From the NCBI GenBank assembly GCA_049969935.1, contig JBMFNX010000004.1, forward strand, positions 2,366 through 66,365: a DNA stretch of 64,000 nt. The letters are read 5' to 3'. Of the stretch, positions 28,860-38,942 are shown one piece after another. The notes beneath the pieces were generated by a model, which was not told the origin of the DNA, made no database searches, and was given only the letters and a program-made list of their open reading frames with translations. Every line of letters starts with the position of its first letter. Position 1 is the first letter of the stretch. This DNA comes from Nitrososphaeria archaeon (GTDB taxonomy: Archaea; Thermoproteota; Nitrososphaeria; JACIWG01). The translations under genes and the position numbers were made by a program.

Positions 28860-30758
28860 ATGCCGTTTAAGATTCTTAAAGAAGAAGTGAAATCGCTAAT
28901 AGAGAAGGCGTTAAAAGAGCTAGGGTATCCTTTAGTTGAATTTCTTGTTCAAGAGCCTCCATCACTTGAGTATGGTGAACTTTCATCTAATGTCGCGTTC
29001 GAGGTAGGGAGGAAAGTTAAAAGAGACCCTATTGAGGTAGCATTAAAAATTTCTTCAAAAATTATGGAGTTTGAGAGGAAAACTGTTAAACAGGTTTCAG
29101 TAGCTGGACCAGGTTACCTAAACTTTAGTGTGGATAGAATAAAGTATTTTGGGGAAACAATAAATCATCTACTACAAGAAAGGCCTGGATATGTTGATGT
29201 AGGTAAAGGTATTAGGGTTATAGTTGAGCATACGAGTGTTAACCCAAACAAGGCTCTACATATAGGGCATCTGAGAAATGTTGTTATAGGCGACATTGTT
29301 CACCGTCTACTAAAATATACTAATCATGAAGTTATAGTTTTAAATTATATTGACGATTCTGGAGCACAGGTTGCCGACATAATTGTGGGATTCAAGTTCC
29401 TCGGCTTCCCCGATAGACCAGGGGAAGACAGTATAAAATTTGACCAATACTGTGGAGACCATGTTTACGTTAAAGTTAACCAAATTTACGCACAAAATCC
29501 TCAGACAGAAAACTATAGAAGAATCGTTTTAAAGGAAATGGAGAACCCTAGTTCAGAAATATACAAGTTTGCAAAAGATATTATAGAAAAGGTTCTAATT
29601 GAACAGCTAAAGACATGCTCAGAAATTGGAGCATACTATGATTGCCTAAACTTTGAATCCCATATCATGTTCTCTAATACTTGGAAAAACATTTTCGAAC
29701 AGTTAAAGGAAAAAAAATTAATTTCATATTGTAGTGAAGGAAAGAATGTAGGATGCTGGGTGTATAGGGACGAAAGTGGACAGGAGAAGGTTATTATAAG
29801 AAGCGATGGGACAGCCACATACATTGCAAAGGACATACTTTATGCTGCATGGAAACTTGGACTCGTTGAAGACTTCTTCAAGTACGAGAAATTTATTGTT
29901 CAAAAAAATGGTAAAATTTTGTGGAGGACAACACTTTCTGAAGGTGAAAAAGAACATCCAATATTCAATAACGCTGAGGTAGCTATAAACGTTATCGACA
30001 TTAGACAAGCTTGGCTACAGAACATAATTTCAGAAATATTGAAAAAGTTTGTTGGCAGAGAGTCAAATAAAAGGTACATTCATTTAGGTTACGAGGTTGT
30101 ATCCTTAAGCAAGGATACGGCTAAGGAAATAGGTGTTGAGGTTAGCGATAAAGAGTTCGTTCACATGTCAGGTAGAAGTGGAATGTACATTAACGCTGAC
30201 ACAGTCCTAGAAAAGCTTTTCAAACTCTCTTACGAGGAGACAAAGAAAAGAAATCCTGACGCTGACGAGAAATGGTTGAATGAGGTAGCTCATTCTATAG
30301 CGGTTTCTGCAATAAGATACAGTTTGATAAGACAGGATCTTGGAAAGATACTTGTTTTTGACTTGAAGGAAGCCCTAAAATTGGAGGGTGACACAGGACC
30401 ATATCTACAGTACACGTATGCTAGAGCATATAATATTATAGAAAAGTATGGTAGGATTCCAGAAAAAGTGAAAGTCTTTGATAAGCTTAATGAGGATGAA
30501 GAGTATGTCCTTTTGATTGAACTGTCAAAGATTAGGGAGAAGGTGGAGGAGGCGGCTATAAAATTGCAGCCGAATAAGATTGCAGAATACGCTCACAAAC
30601 TTTGCTTATATTTTAACACATTTTATGAAAAACATCAAGTATTGCATGAGAAAGATGAATCTAAAAGGGAGCAGAGGATACTGCTCGTATATTCCTTTAC
30701 AAGAGCATTGAAAACATTAATGGACATACTTGGAATAGAAGCACACAAAAGAATATAA
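28860..30758 (+). CDS. argS: Arginyl-tRNA synthetase
   Basis: HTSVNPNKALHIGHLRN (HIGH), MSGRSG (KMSK-equivalent), DALR-type anticodon-binding C-domain; 632 aa. Confidence 0.9.
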   Translation: MPFKILKEEVKSLIEKALKELGYPLVEFLVQEPPSLEYGELSSNVAFEVGRKVKRDPIEVALKISSKIMEFERKTVKQVSVAGPGYLNFSVDRIKYFGETINHLLQERPGYVDVGKGIRVIVEHTSVNPNKALHIGHLRNVVIGDIVHRLLKYTNHEVIVLNYIDDSGAQVADIIVGFKFLGFPDRPGEDSIKFDQYCGDHVYVKVNQIYAQNPQTENYRRIVLKEMENPSSEIYKFAKDIIEKVLIEQLKTCSEIGAYYDCLNFESHIMFSNTWKNIFEQLKEKKLISYCSEGKNVGCWVYRDESGQEKVIIRSDGTATYIAKDILYAAWKLGLVEDFFKYEKFIVQKNGKILWRTTLSEGEKEHPIFNNAEVAINVIDIRQAWLQNIISEILKKFVGRESNKRYIHLGYEVVSLSKDTAKEIGVEVSDKEFVHMSGRSGMYINADTVLEKLFKLSYEETKKRNPDADEKWLNEVAHSIAVSAIRYSLIRQDLGKILVFDLKEALKLEGDTGPYLQYTYARAYNIIEKYGRIPEKVKVFDKLNEDEEYVLLIELSKIREKVEEAAIKLQPNKIAEYAHKLCLYFNTFYEKHQVLHEKDESKREQRILLVYSFTRALKTLMDILGIEAHKRI

Positions 30759-30808
30759 TCGTGCACTATACTAAAGCTTATATCCAGTAAACTGGTGAAG
30801 GAACTGTA

Positions 30809-31729
30809 ATGTTTTACGATTATGGTATGGAATTGAAGGATTTGGGTATAATATCAGATGAAAAGATTGAAGCCTTAAAAAAGGAGAATATTAGGACATG
30901 CATACAACTTTTGTTTGCTCCAAATGATGTAATAGAAAAGTATTTTAGCGAAAGTGAAAGGCAAGAAATTTTTATTAAAATTGAAGAACTTTTTCCAGCA
31001 GTCTACAGGTTTAGGGAGATAAAACTTGAGCCAGTGACTGTTAAAACTTCGATAAAAGAACTTGACAAAATACTTGGGGGAGGAATAAGCTCAGCTAATA
31101 TAACAGAAGTTTGTAGTGAGAAAAGGTATATAAGGACACTGTTTGCATACAATATAATACTAAATTTTCTACAATTGTTCGAGAAAACGGCAATATTGTA
31201 CAATGATTCAAACAAGATGTTCAGGCCTGAGGGACTATGTGAACTAGCACATTATAGGGGGATAGAGGAAAACTTTTTTCTTGAAAAAATTTTCGTCTTT
31301 AAGCCTTACACAGTTTTTCAGCAGTTCGAAGTATTCGAACTGTTAGAAAAAAATATTAAGTCAGATTTGAGAATACTATTTGTTATTGATGGAATTGGAG
31401 ACTTCTTTAAGTCTACTACAAAAAGAAAGGACATCACATTTTATAACCTTCGCATGCTTGAAAGCTTTGTTTTAAGAGCAAATTATTTTTCAATCAAATA
31501 TAATATGATAGTATTGCTGTTAAACAATTTAATAAGAGATTTTAAAACAGACGCTGTCGAACCACAATTTAATTCAATAATAGGAGAGGCTGTTGGAACA
31601 AGAATACTTTTTTATGAAGATAGCGATTCTGTAAGGGCTAAAGTTATAATAGGAGAGAATGTGAAGGAGATTAGGTTAAGTTTAACAGACTATGGCGTAA
31701 GTGATGCTGTTGATAGAAAATTTGGATAA
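30809..31729 (+). CDS. RadA/Rad51 paralog with N-terminal HhH-like domain and degenerate Walker A (likely non-catalytic)
   Basis: Collinear with radA (42058-43062): LDKILGGGI, MFRPEGL..YRG.., Walker B-like ILFVIDGIGDFF; P-loop GEFGSGKTQ replaced by CSEKRYIRT (31112-31138). Confidence 0.6.
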   Translation: MFYDYGMELKDLGIISDEKIEALKKENIRTCIQLLFAPNDVIEKYFSESERQEIFIKIEELFPAVYRFREIKLEPVTVKTSIKELDKILGGGISSANITEVCSEKRYIRTLFAYNIILNFLQLFEKTAILYNDSNKMFRPEGLCELAHYRGIEENFFLEKIFVFKPYTVFQQFEVFELLEKNIKSDLRILFVIDGIGDFFKSTTKRKDITFYNLRMLESFVLRANYFSIKYNMIVLLLNNLIRDFKTDAVEPQFNSIIGEAVGTRILFYEDSDSVRAKVIIGENVKEIRLSLTDYGVSDAVDRKFG

Positions 31730-32033
31730 GATAATAGATTTCATTGAAAGTGATAGGTGGGAGGAGGCAAAGGATATTGCAAAAAATTCTGTGGGAGCAA
31801 CATTAGCAGTAAATGCAATAAAATACCTGCAAAAGAACTCTTCTTTAGAGAAAGAGATTGATAAGATAAAACGTTTGAGAGAAAACTTTTCGAAACTGAT
31901 TGAGGGAAAATGGTTGCAGGAAACAGACTTAGACTATTTCACAGTCCTATTCACTTTCTTTGAACGTGTAGAAAAGAGGTTACAGGAAACCGCTTACGTG
32001 AAGAGTGTAGTAGAAGATCCAGACAAAGAGTGA
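31701..32033 (+). CDS. Hypothetical protein (110 aa), overlaps 3' end of RadA-paralog gene
   Basis: GTG/ATG start inside the stop region of the upstream gene (29-nt overlap); helical; no motif. Confidence 0.3.
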   Translation: MMLLIENLDKIIDFIESDRWEEAKDIAKNSVGATLAVNAIKYLQKNSSLEKEIDKIKRLRENFSKLIEGKWLQETDLDYFTVLFTFFERVEKRLQETAYVKSVVEDPDKE

Positions 32034-32261
32034 AAGCATTATGTACGTGCCGATGCCGGTTGTAAAAAGGGAACCATTGTCACCTTTATCTGAAAAGATA
32101 TAGTATTTGCCTATAAAATAGGAGAGGAGATAGAATAATATGATTGTTAGTACACCAAAAAATGAGGATTCATTACTAAAGTTCATTACTCCAGAAAATA
32201 GTCCAGCAAATATTGCAAAAACAACTCTTAGCCAAAAGAGCTTATTTTTATCCGTTACCAT
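31980..32261 (-). CDS. Small membrane protein (3 predicted TM helices)
   Basis: 93 aa, three hydrophobic segments; fills the gap before the NFACT gene. Confidence 0.3.
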   Translation of the reverse strand: MVTDKNKLFWLRVVFAIFAGLFSGVMNFSNESSFFGVLTIILFYLLSYFIGKYYIFSDKGDNGSLFTTGIGTYIMLSLFVWIFYYTLHVSGFL

Positions 32262-32267
32262 AGTAGG

Positions 32268-34178
32268 TTGACCCCCATGCGGGACCAGACAATGAACAAC
32301 ATAGAACTATTTCACCAGACACGATGGTTGAACACCAATCTTAGAGAATATTACGTTAATAATGTTTACTGGGCTATAGTGAACAGGGCTCTTGTAATAA
32401 GATTACATCATCCAACAAATCCAGAAAAAAGGTTAGTTATAGATAGTGGGAGAGCAATTTGGGTAACTGAAACAAAGTTAGAGGAAGAGGGTGCAGACCA
32501 ACTGTTAAGACAGTTTAGGAAATTTCTTTCTAGGGGAAAAATTTCTAGAATAGAACAATTTGGTACAGAACGAATAATAGGCATAGAATTTGTTGGAAGT
32601 ATAGCGAGACAGCTTATTGCAGAATTTTTTGGCAGAGGAAACATAGTTCTTGTTGACGAAAAAAATGTTATTTTAACAGCATTAGAATATTATCAGACAA
32701 GACATAGAATTATAGCTCCAGGAAAAGAGTATACAACACCACCTGAAAGGGGAATGGATCCACTTAAAATAGAAGCATATCATCTTAAACCAATACTGAA
32801 ATATGAGGATGATTTTAGAAAGTGGGTTGGAAAAAATTTAGCCTTACCCAAAAAATATGTTGACATACTGCCAAAGCTTATTGGAGTAAAAGATGGAACA
32901 TTGGGTAGGGAATTGGATGAAGAAAAGCTTTCGAAAATTTTGAATAAGATTAGAGAATTTTTTATGGAAGAAAACGTTAAACCTACAATCTATTTAGAAG
33001 ATAGTGAAGTTGTAGACTTTTCAATATTTCCATATAATTTTGAGGGATTAAAATGTGAGGAGGCCAAGAGTTTAAATGAGGCAGTGGAAAAAATTTTCAC
33101 TAAACTAATTTTGGAAGAAAAAGAAACTGGAAAAATGTATCCGATTATGAGAGAAAAAGAGAGAATAGAGCGGTCAATAGGAGACCTTAGCAGAAAAAAA
33201 GATGAAATGATAAAGGACAGCGAATTTTTGTCTGAGCTCGCTAAAAAAATAAGAGAGAACATTCAGCTAATATATCAAGACTATGAAGATTTTAAGAAAA
33301 GACTTTCTCCAGCAAAAATTACGTCAGAAGATGATTCAGAAAAGCTTGTCTACAAAGAATACATTTTTATATTTGATAGAAACAATCCACTTAAAACATG
33401 CTCAGAAATTTATAGTCGGGCAAAAACTCTTTTAGAAGATTCAAGAAAGATTGAGGAATCAATAAGAGGGTTACAGAATGAAATGGAAATATTGGAGAGG
33501 AAGATTAGAGAGAAGAAAAGAGTGTTTGAGAAAGAGTATAAGAAGGTTTATGAAAAGGAATGGTTTGAAAAATATAGATGGTTTTATACTACAGAAGGAT
33601 TTCTTGCAGTTGGAGGAAGAGATGCATCATCAAACGAGGCTATAATAAAAAAATATCTTGAGGAAGAGGATATCGTCTTTCATGCCGACATTGTTGGAGC
33701 ACCATTTTTTATCCTAAAAAAGGGTAAAATGGCTGGAGAAAATAGTTTAAGGGAGACAGCTACTGCGGCTGTGGCTTTCAGCAATTTCTGGAAGATGGGA
33801 GCTTCAGCTGGAGAAGCGTATTGGGTTTACAGAGATCAGATTTCAAAACAGGCACCCTCCGGCCAATATATGGGGAAGGGAGCCTTCATGATCACTGGAA
33901 GGAGAAACTATATTAGAAACCTGCCAATAGAATTAGCGGTAGGAATAATTAGGATAAAAGAACATTATTCAGTAGTATGCGGTCCAGTTGACGCGATAAA
34001 AAAGTATTGTGAAAAATATTTGGTGATTGTACCAGGTAATGAGGACAAGAATTCCATTGCAAAAAAGGTGGTAAGATACTTTTTTGAAAAAGTTGGTGAA
34101 AATGTTAAGGAAATATCTTTAGAAGAGTTTATACAGGCATTGCCTCCTGGAGGATGCAAGATCAAACGATATATTTGA
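32268..34178 (+). CDS. NFACT-family protein (RqcH/Rqc2/NEMF homolog; FbpA-like)
   Basis: NFACT-N-like N-terminus, central coiled coil, NFACT-R/DUF814 motif FLAVGGRDASSNEAIIKKYLEEEDIVFHADIVGAPFFILKKG; 636 aa. Confidence 0.7.
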   Translation: MTPMRDQTMNNIELFHQTRWLNTNLREYYVNNVYWAIVNRALVIRLHHPTNPEKRLVIDSGRAIWVTETKLEEEGADQLLRQFRKFLSRGKISRIEQFGTERIIGIEFVGSIARQLIAEFFGRGNIVLVDEKNVILTALEYYQTRHRIIAPGKEYTTPPERGMDPLKIEAYHLKPILKYEDDFRKWVGKNLALPKKYVDILPKLIGVKDGTLGRELDEEKLSKILNKIREFFMEENVKPTIYLEDSEVVDFSIFPYNFEGLKCEEAKSLNEAVEKIFTKLILEEKETGKMYPIMREKERIERSIGDLSRKKDEMIKDSEFLSELAKKIRENIQLIYQDYEDFKKRLSPAKITSEDDSEKLVYKEYIFIFDRNNPLKTCSEIYSRAKTLLEDSRKIEESIRGLQNEMEILERKIREKKRVFEKEYKKVYEKEWFEKYRWFYTTEGFLAVGGRDASSNEAIIKKYLEEEDIVFHADIVGAPFFILKKGKMAGENSLRETATAAVAFSNFWKMGASAGEAYWVYRDQISKQAPSGQYMGKGAFMITGRRNYIRNLPIELAVGIIRIKEHYSVVCGPVDAIKKYCEKYLVIVPGNEDKNSIAKKVVRYFFEKVGENVKEISLEEFIQALPPGGCKIKRYI

Positions 34179-34226
34179 CTTTAGAAATATTTTTTTACTT
34201 CCATCTTTTAACCAGATTACGATAGA

Positions 34227-34796
34227 ATGTCTGTGGAAACGAAGAGTACAAATCCTGCAAATTTGACAGTAAGGGAGGTAATGAATAGTCCAGTTATTAC
34301 TGGAAAGCCTGATGAAACTATTAGAATGATAGCGAAGAAGATGACAGAGAACGAGGTTGGAAGTATTGTGATAGTTGAGGATGGGAAGCCTGTCGGCATG
34401 GTTACAGATGGTGACATAATAGACAGGGTTGTCTCAAAGGGTTTAAACCCTGACGAAGTCAAGGCAAAAGATATTATGAGCAAACCAATCTTGACCGTCG
34501 ACGTAGAGACAACAATAGTTGACGCTGCAAAGTACATGAGAAAGAATAGGGTTAAGCGTGTTGGGGTAACTTATAGGGGTAGAATTGAGGGAATCCTCTC
34601 CATATGGGATATTATATCAGTTACACCAGAGATAGTTGAGATATTTTCTGAAAAACTTAACATACAGTCTTCACTATTACAGTCTGAGAAAGAGGCAGTT
34701 TATTTTGCAGGATACTGTGACACATGCTCAAGATGGTCTGACCTACTAATTGAAGTTGATGGAAAATACGTTTGTGAAGAGTGCAGAAGCGATTAG
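34227..34796 (+). CDS. CBS-pair protein with C-terminal zinc ribbon
   Basis: Two CBS motifs (VREVMNSPVIT.., GMVTDGDII..) and C-terminal CDTC-x15-CEEC. Confidence 0.7.
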   Translation: MSVETKSTNPANLTVREVMNSPVITGKPDETIRMIAKKMTENEVGSIVIVEDGKPVGMVTDGDIIDRVVSKGLNPDEVKAKDIMSKPILTVDVETTIVDAAKYMRKNRVKRVGVTYRGRIEGILSIWDIISVTPEIVEIFSEKLNIQSSLLQSEKEAVYFAGYCDTCSRWSDLLIEVDGKYVCEECRSD

Positions 34797-35707
34797 TTGA
34801 GAAGCTTAAACCAAAACAGTTTTTAATAAGATTTGGTAAATGTTATGTTAGTGAAAAATTTTTGCCTACCGTAGAAGATTTTATGACAAGTGAAGTTTTT
34901 GTTGTTAAACCCTCTGACACTTTGGCCCGTGCAAAAAATTTGATGCTTTCAAAAAAGATTGGAAGACTTGTTGTAGTAGAAGATGATAAGGTTGTTGGAA
35001 TTTTAACAAGAGAAGATATAGCGAAGGCTATTATATCATCTAAGCCTTCAATAAAATCTAGGCCAATAGACCAGCTTCTCGTATCCCATTTTATGAGAAA
35101 AGAAATTCTAACGGTTCAACGTACAACAAGCATTAGTGAGGCTGCAAAGATTATGCTTGACAAGGAAATTGGAGGATTGCCAGTAACAAGTGGGAAAAGG
35201 TTGATTGGAATAATAACAACACATGATATAACAAAGTATGTTGCCCAACTTCCACTAGAAAATTTGCTCGTAAAAGATTACATGTGCAAAGAAGTCGCCA
35301 CTGTATCACCATTTCATAGTATAGCTCATGTTGCAGAACTACTATTTAGGACGCCAACACATAGGGTGATAGTGTTAGATGCTAGAAAAAAGCCTGTTGG
35401 CATTATTACACCATCAAATCTAACATTCGTAAAATTTGCTACAACTAGAGCAGTAAGTTCAAAACGTTCTCTCTCAAGAGGGGGGGAGGCGACTCATGAG
35501 AGGATAAGCTATGTTGCCATAGCAACTGCAGAAGATATTATGACAACACCCCTTGTTATAGTGCACGAAAACGATAATGTCAGGCTTGCTGCATCTATTA
35601 TGGTGAAAAAGGATATAGGTGCGCTTCCAGTCCTTAACGTGGAAGGAAGTGTTAGTGGAATATTTTCTAAAAAGGAGGTTTTAGAAATTGCCTCAAAGAT
35701 GGGATAA
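34781..35707 (+). CDS. CBS-domain protein (four CBS motifs)
   Basis: Repeated hG(I/V)(I/L)T..D(I/L) CBS signatures; start codon uncertain (overlaps upstream gene). Confidence 0.7.
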   Translation: MQKRLVEKLKPKQFLIRFGKCYVSEKFLPTVEDFMTSEVFVVKPSDTLARAKNLMLSKKIGRLVVVEDDKVVGILTREDIAKAIISSKPSIKSRPIDQLLVSHFMRKEILTVQRTTSISEAAKIMLDKEIGGLPVTSGKRLIGIITTHDITKYVAQLPLENLLVKDYMCKEVATVSPFHSIAHVAELLFRTPTHRVIVLDARKKPVGIITPSNLTFVKFATTRAVSSKRSLSRGGEATHERISYVAIATAEDIMTTPLVIVHENDNVRLAASIMVKKDIGALPVLNVEGSVSGIFSKKEVLEIASKMG

Positions 35708-36494
35708 ACTGAAATCGGTTCCATTACAAAATGTTGGTCTGGTTTCAAAGTCAGACAAGATACCTATGATGTTTCATGAACTAAAACGGACGAGATTGGA
35801 TAGGGTTATAGTTAAAGATAACGAGAATCTTGTCGGCATAGTAACATTAAGAGACATTTTTACAAAACTGGCATCAAAAAAGTTCAGTAACATTTCTCCA
35901 AAGTCATTAAGTATAGCATCCTTTATGAGTGAAAATTTCTTCCATGTATTAGAGGATAATACAATCGATGACGTGATAAAGTTGATGGCTGAGAAAAATG
36001 TAAGCGGTGTACCCGTTTTAGACAAAAAAAGAAAGCTACTTGGAATAATTACTAAAAATTATTTAATAAACTTAGTAGCAAATGAGTTAAAAGGCTATGT
36101 TAGAGACTATATTATAAAAGTAGGTTACAAAATTTCAGTTGGAACAAGCTTGGCAACGTTATCAAACGAGATACTCAAAAATGTTGATGCAAGAGAATTT
36201 GTTGTAGTACAAGGGAACAGACTTTTAGGGGTTGTTGGCGAAAAGGAAATCGCATACTTCCTATTCAATTACCTTTCCGACGACAATATAGTAAACATGA
36301 GAAATGCTTTACACAATTATGTTGTAAACGATATACTAACTTTCATTAACGAACCGTTAAAGCCAAATGATCCAGTACAATATGCAGCAAAACTGTTCTC
36401 CAACACAAACCTCGTAATATACCCTGTAGCAGAAGATGATATCCTACTTGGAGTGATAAGGAGAAGAGAATTATTTAATCAACTTTCCAGGTAA
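35688..36494 (+). CDS. CBS-domain protein (four CBS motifs)
   Basis: LVGIVTLRDIF, VSGVPVLD, LLGIITKNYLI, LLGVVGEKEI; 268 aa. Confidence 0.7.
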   Translation: MPQRWDKLKSVPLQNVGLVSKSDKIPMMFHELKRTRLDRVIVKDNENLVGIVTLRDIFTKLASKKFSNISPKSLSIASFMSENFFHVLEDNTIDDVIKLMAEKNVSGVPVLDKKRKLLGIITKNYLINLVANELKGYVRDYIIKVGYKISVGTSLATLSNEILKNVDAREFVVVQGNRLLGVVGEKEIAYFLFNYLSDDNIVNMRNALHNYVVNDILTFINEPLKPNDPVQYAAKLFSNTNLVIYPVAEDDILLGVIRRRELFNQLSR

Positions 36495-36500
36495 CCGAGG

Positions 36501-37802
36501 TTGAGTACAAGAATAGTTAATGGAAGGATATGGAAAGATGGAAACATACTAGAGAAGGATATAATCATAGAAGATGATAAGATAGTAGGTATTGTGAGAA
36601 AAGGCCAACACATGCAAGTTGATAAAATAATGGATGCAGAAGGCGCACTCATATTGCCTGGACTGATAGACGCGCACACACATTTAAGGGATTCAAAGAT
36701 CTCCTACAAAGAAGATTTTGTGAGCGGAACATCAGCGGCGGTAGCGGGAGGATTTACTTTAGTATTAGATATGCCGAATACTGAGCCGCCGATAACAAGT
36801 CCAGAAAGGTTAAGGGAGCGTATCAGCTCGGCTGAAAAAAGGATATTATGTGATGTCGGATTCTATTCCATGCCACTTGACCTAGATTGTGTGAGCAAGC
36901 TTTCGGAAACAGGATGTGTAGGGTACAAGATTTTCACTCACAAAAGTTTTGAAAACAAAATTTTTTTTGAAGACGAAAATATAGAGGCGCTTTTGAAGGC
37001 TGTAGAAAGGACTGGGAAAACACTTTCAATTCATGCAGAAGATCCTTCAAAAATAGGATTTTTGGGAGAAAAGTATACTGCAATAGAGCATGCGAAAGCA
37101 CATACTGTAGATGCGGAAGCAAGCATGATAGAAAAGATTCTCAGACTTTCTAGAAAACATTTTACCAAGATCAGGTTCTGCCATGTAACTACAGCAAAGG
37201 GACTGCAAATGATAGTTGATGAGAAGAGGCAAAGCTTTAACTATTTTGTAGAAGTTACACCAGCACACCTTACATTAGATGAAAGCATTTTATTAGAATG
37301 TGATAAAATATGTGTGGTTGAACCACCTATAAGGGAAAAGAGTAATGTTATATTTTTGAGAAAAATGTTTTGGGATGGGGCTGTAGACGTTGTTGGAACA
37401 GACCATGCACCTCATACACTAGAAGAAAAGCTTTCAGACAAGCCTCCTGCAGGATTTCCAGGGCTTGAGACGGCGGTGCCAATCCTATTCACTCTAGCTA
37501 AAAAGGGTTTCATACCCTTCTCTAAACTGATTGAAAGCCTAACATCTAATCCAGCCAAAATATTTAACCTCAAAGGCTACGGCACCATAAGAGAAGGTAA
37601 TGTAGCGAACCTAACATTGATAAAATTTGTGCCAGAATATCGAATCGATTCATCAAAATTTTATTCGAAGGCAAAATTCACACCATTTGAAGGATACAAG
37701 GTTGAGGCTGCTGTAGCAAAAACTATCATCAGAGGAAAAACAGTTTACGAGAGAGGCGTAGGAATAGTTGACGAGAAAAGGGGTAAGGTTGTCAGAACAT
37801 AA
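36501..37802 (+). CDS. pyrC: Dihydroorotase (cyclic amidohydrolase family)
   Basis: LILPGLIDAHTHLRD, HAED, VVGTDHAPHT metal-ligand motifs; 433 aa. Confidence 0.8.
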   Translation: MSTRIVNGRIWKDGNILEKDIIIEDDKIVGIVRKGQHMQVDKIMDAEGALILPGLIDAHTHLRDSKISYKEDFVSGTSAAVAGGFTLVLDMPNTEPPITSPERLRERISSAEKRILCDVGFYSMPLDLDCVSKLSETGCVGYKIFTHKSFENKIFFEDENIEALLKAVERTGKTLSIHAEDPSKIGFLGEKYTAIEHAKAHTVDAEASMIEKILRLSRKHFTKIRFCHVTTAKGLQMIVDEKRQSFNYFVEVTPAHLTLDESILLECDKICVVEPPIREKSNVIFLRKMFWDGAVDVVGTDHAPHTLEEKLSDKPPAGFPGLETAVPILFTLAKKGFIPFSKLIESLTSNPAKIFNLKGYGTIREGNVANLTLIKFVPEYRIDSSKFYSKAKFTPFEGYKVEAAVAKTIIRGKTVYERGVGIVDEKRGKVVRT

Positions 37803-38301
37803 ATTTATTGTCGACTCCATGCATGGGAAACTTGCAAGAAAGATGAGGTTATATGGATTTGACACATTATATGATGTGAAATTTGATGACAGCAAAATAA
37901 TTGAGATAGCGAAAATTGAGGGTAGGACAATAATAACTTCGGATGAAGCGTTAATTGAAAGAGCTAAGTCCGAGAAACTTCAAGTGATATGGGTTCCATT
38001 AGATAGTGACCTTCCAAGAATGATTAAAATATTTGAGACAATAAAAATTTTGCCAAAGATAGACCCTAAAAAATCTCGATGCCCAAACTGTAATAGCCCA
38101 CTTGCTATAGTTAAAAAGGAGGATGTTAAAGACGTGCCTGAGAATGTTTTGAAGAGGAAAAGAATATTCTATAAGTGTACAGGATGTGGGAAAGTTTACT
38201 GGCATGGCTCCCACTGGAGAAAGATAAGGGAGTTTGAAAAAACACTTAAGAGGATGTTAAATGAATTAAGGGAAGGGAGAAAGAATGAACCTAAGCGATG
38301 A
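37768..38301 (+). CDS. Mut7-C/PIN-like RNase domain protein with zinc ribbon (COG1656-like)
   Basis: FIVDSMHGKLARKMRLYGFDT N-terminus, C-terminal CPNC-x26-CTGCG ribbon; overlaps pyrC stop. Confidence 0.5.
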   Translation: MTRKGVRLSEHKFIVDSMHGKLARKMRLYGFDTLYDVKFDDSKIIEIAKIEGRTIITSDEALIERAKSEKLQVIWVPLDSDLPRMIKIFETIKILPKIDPKKSRCPNCNSPLAIVKKEDVKDVPENVLKRKRIFYKCTGCGKVYWHGSHWRKIREFEKTLKRMLNELREGRKNEPKR

Positions 38302-38899
38302 TGATGGAAAAATTTTAGTTAAGTTAGCTAGAAAGGCGATAGAAGAGTATATAGTTAATGGAAGAAAATATGTTCCTCCAGAGGATATAAAGAACAGATT
38401 TTCTGAAAAGGCAGGAGTCTTTGTGACAATAAATAGTGTGGTTGGAGAAGAGAGGGAGTTGAGGGGATGCATAGGCTTTCCAGAGGCAATCTTGCCACTA
38501 TATGAGGCTGTTATAGAGGCTGCAATTGCTGCAGCAACAGAGGATCCAAGATTCGAGCCTCTAAAAAAAAGTGAACTTGACAAAATATTGATAGAGGTAA
38601 GTGTTTTAACACCACTTGAGCTTATAAAAGTTGATTCACCACTTCAGTATCCTGAAAAGATAAAGGTTGGAGAGGACGGGCTGATGCTTAGATGGAGATG
38701 GGGTTCAGGGCTACTACTTCCACAGGTTGCAGTAGAATATGGATGGGATGCAAGAGAATTTCTTGAAAACCTATGTCTTAAGGCAGGCACAACACCAGAT
38801 TCCTGGCTTAGAAAGGATGTGAAAATTTACAAGTTCCAGTGCCTGATTTGGGAAGAGAAAGGTAATGGGGAAATTGTTAGAAAGCGTTTGAAAGAATAA
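38285..38899 (+). CDS. AMMECR1-domain protein
   Basis: Diagnostic LRGCIGFPE motif; 204 aa. Confidence 0.8.
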   Translation: MNLSDDDGKILVKLARKAIEEYIVNGRKYVPPEDIKNRFSEKAGVFVTINSVVGEERELRGCIGFPEAILPLYEAVIEAAIAAATEDPRFEPLKKSELDKILIEVSVLTPLELIKVDSPLQYPEKIKVGEDGLMLRWRWGSGLLLPQVAVEYGWDAREFLENLCLKAGTTPDSWLRKDVKIYKFQCLIWEEKGNGEIVRKRLKE

Positions 38900-38942
38900 A
38901 AACAAATAAATACTAGTTTAACATTATAGCCTTCGAAAAAGT

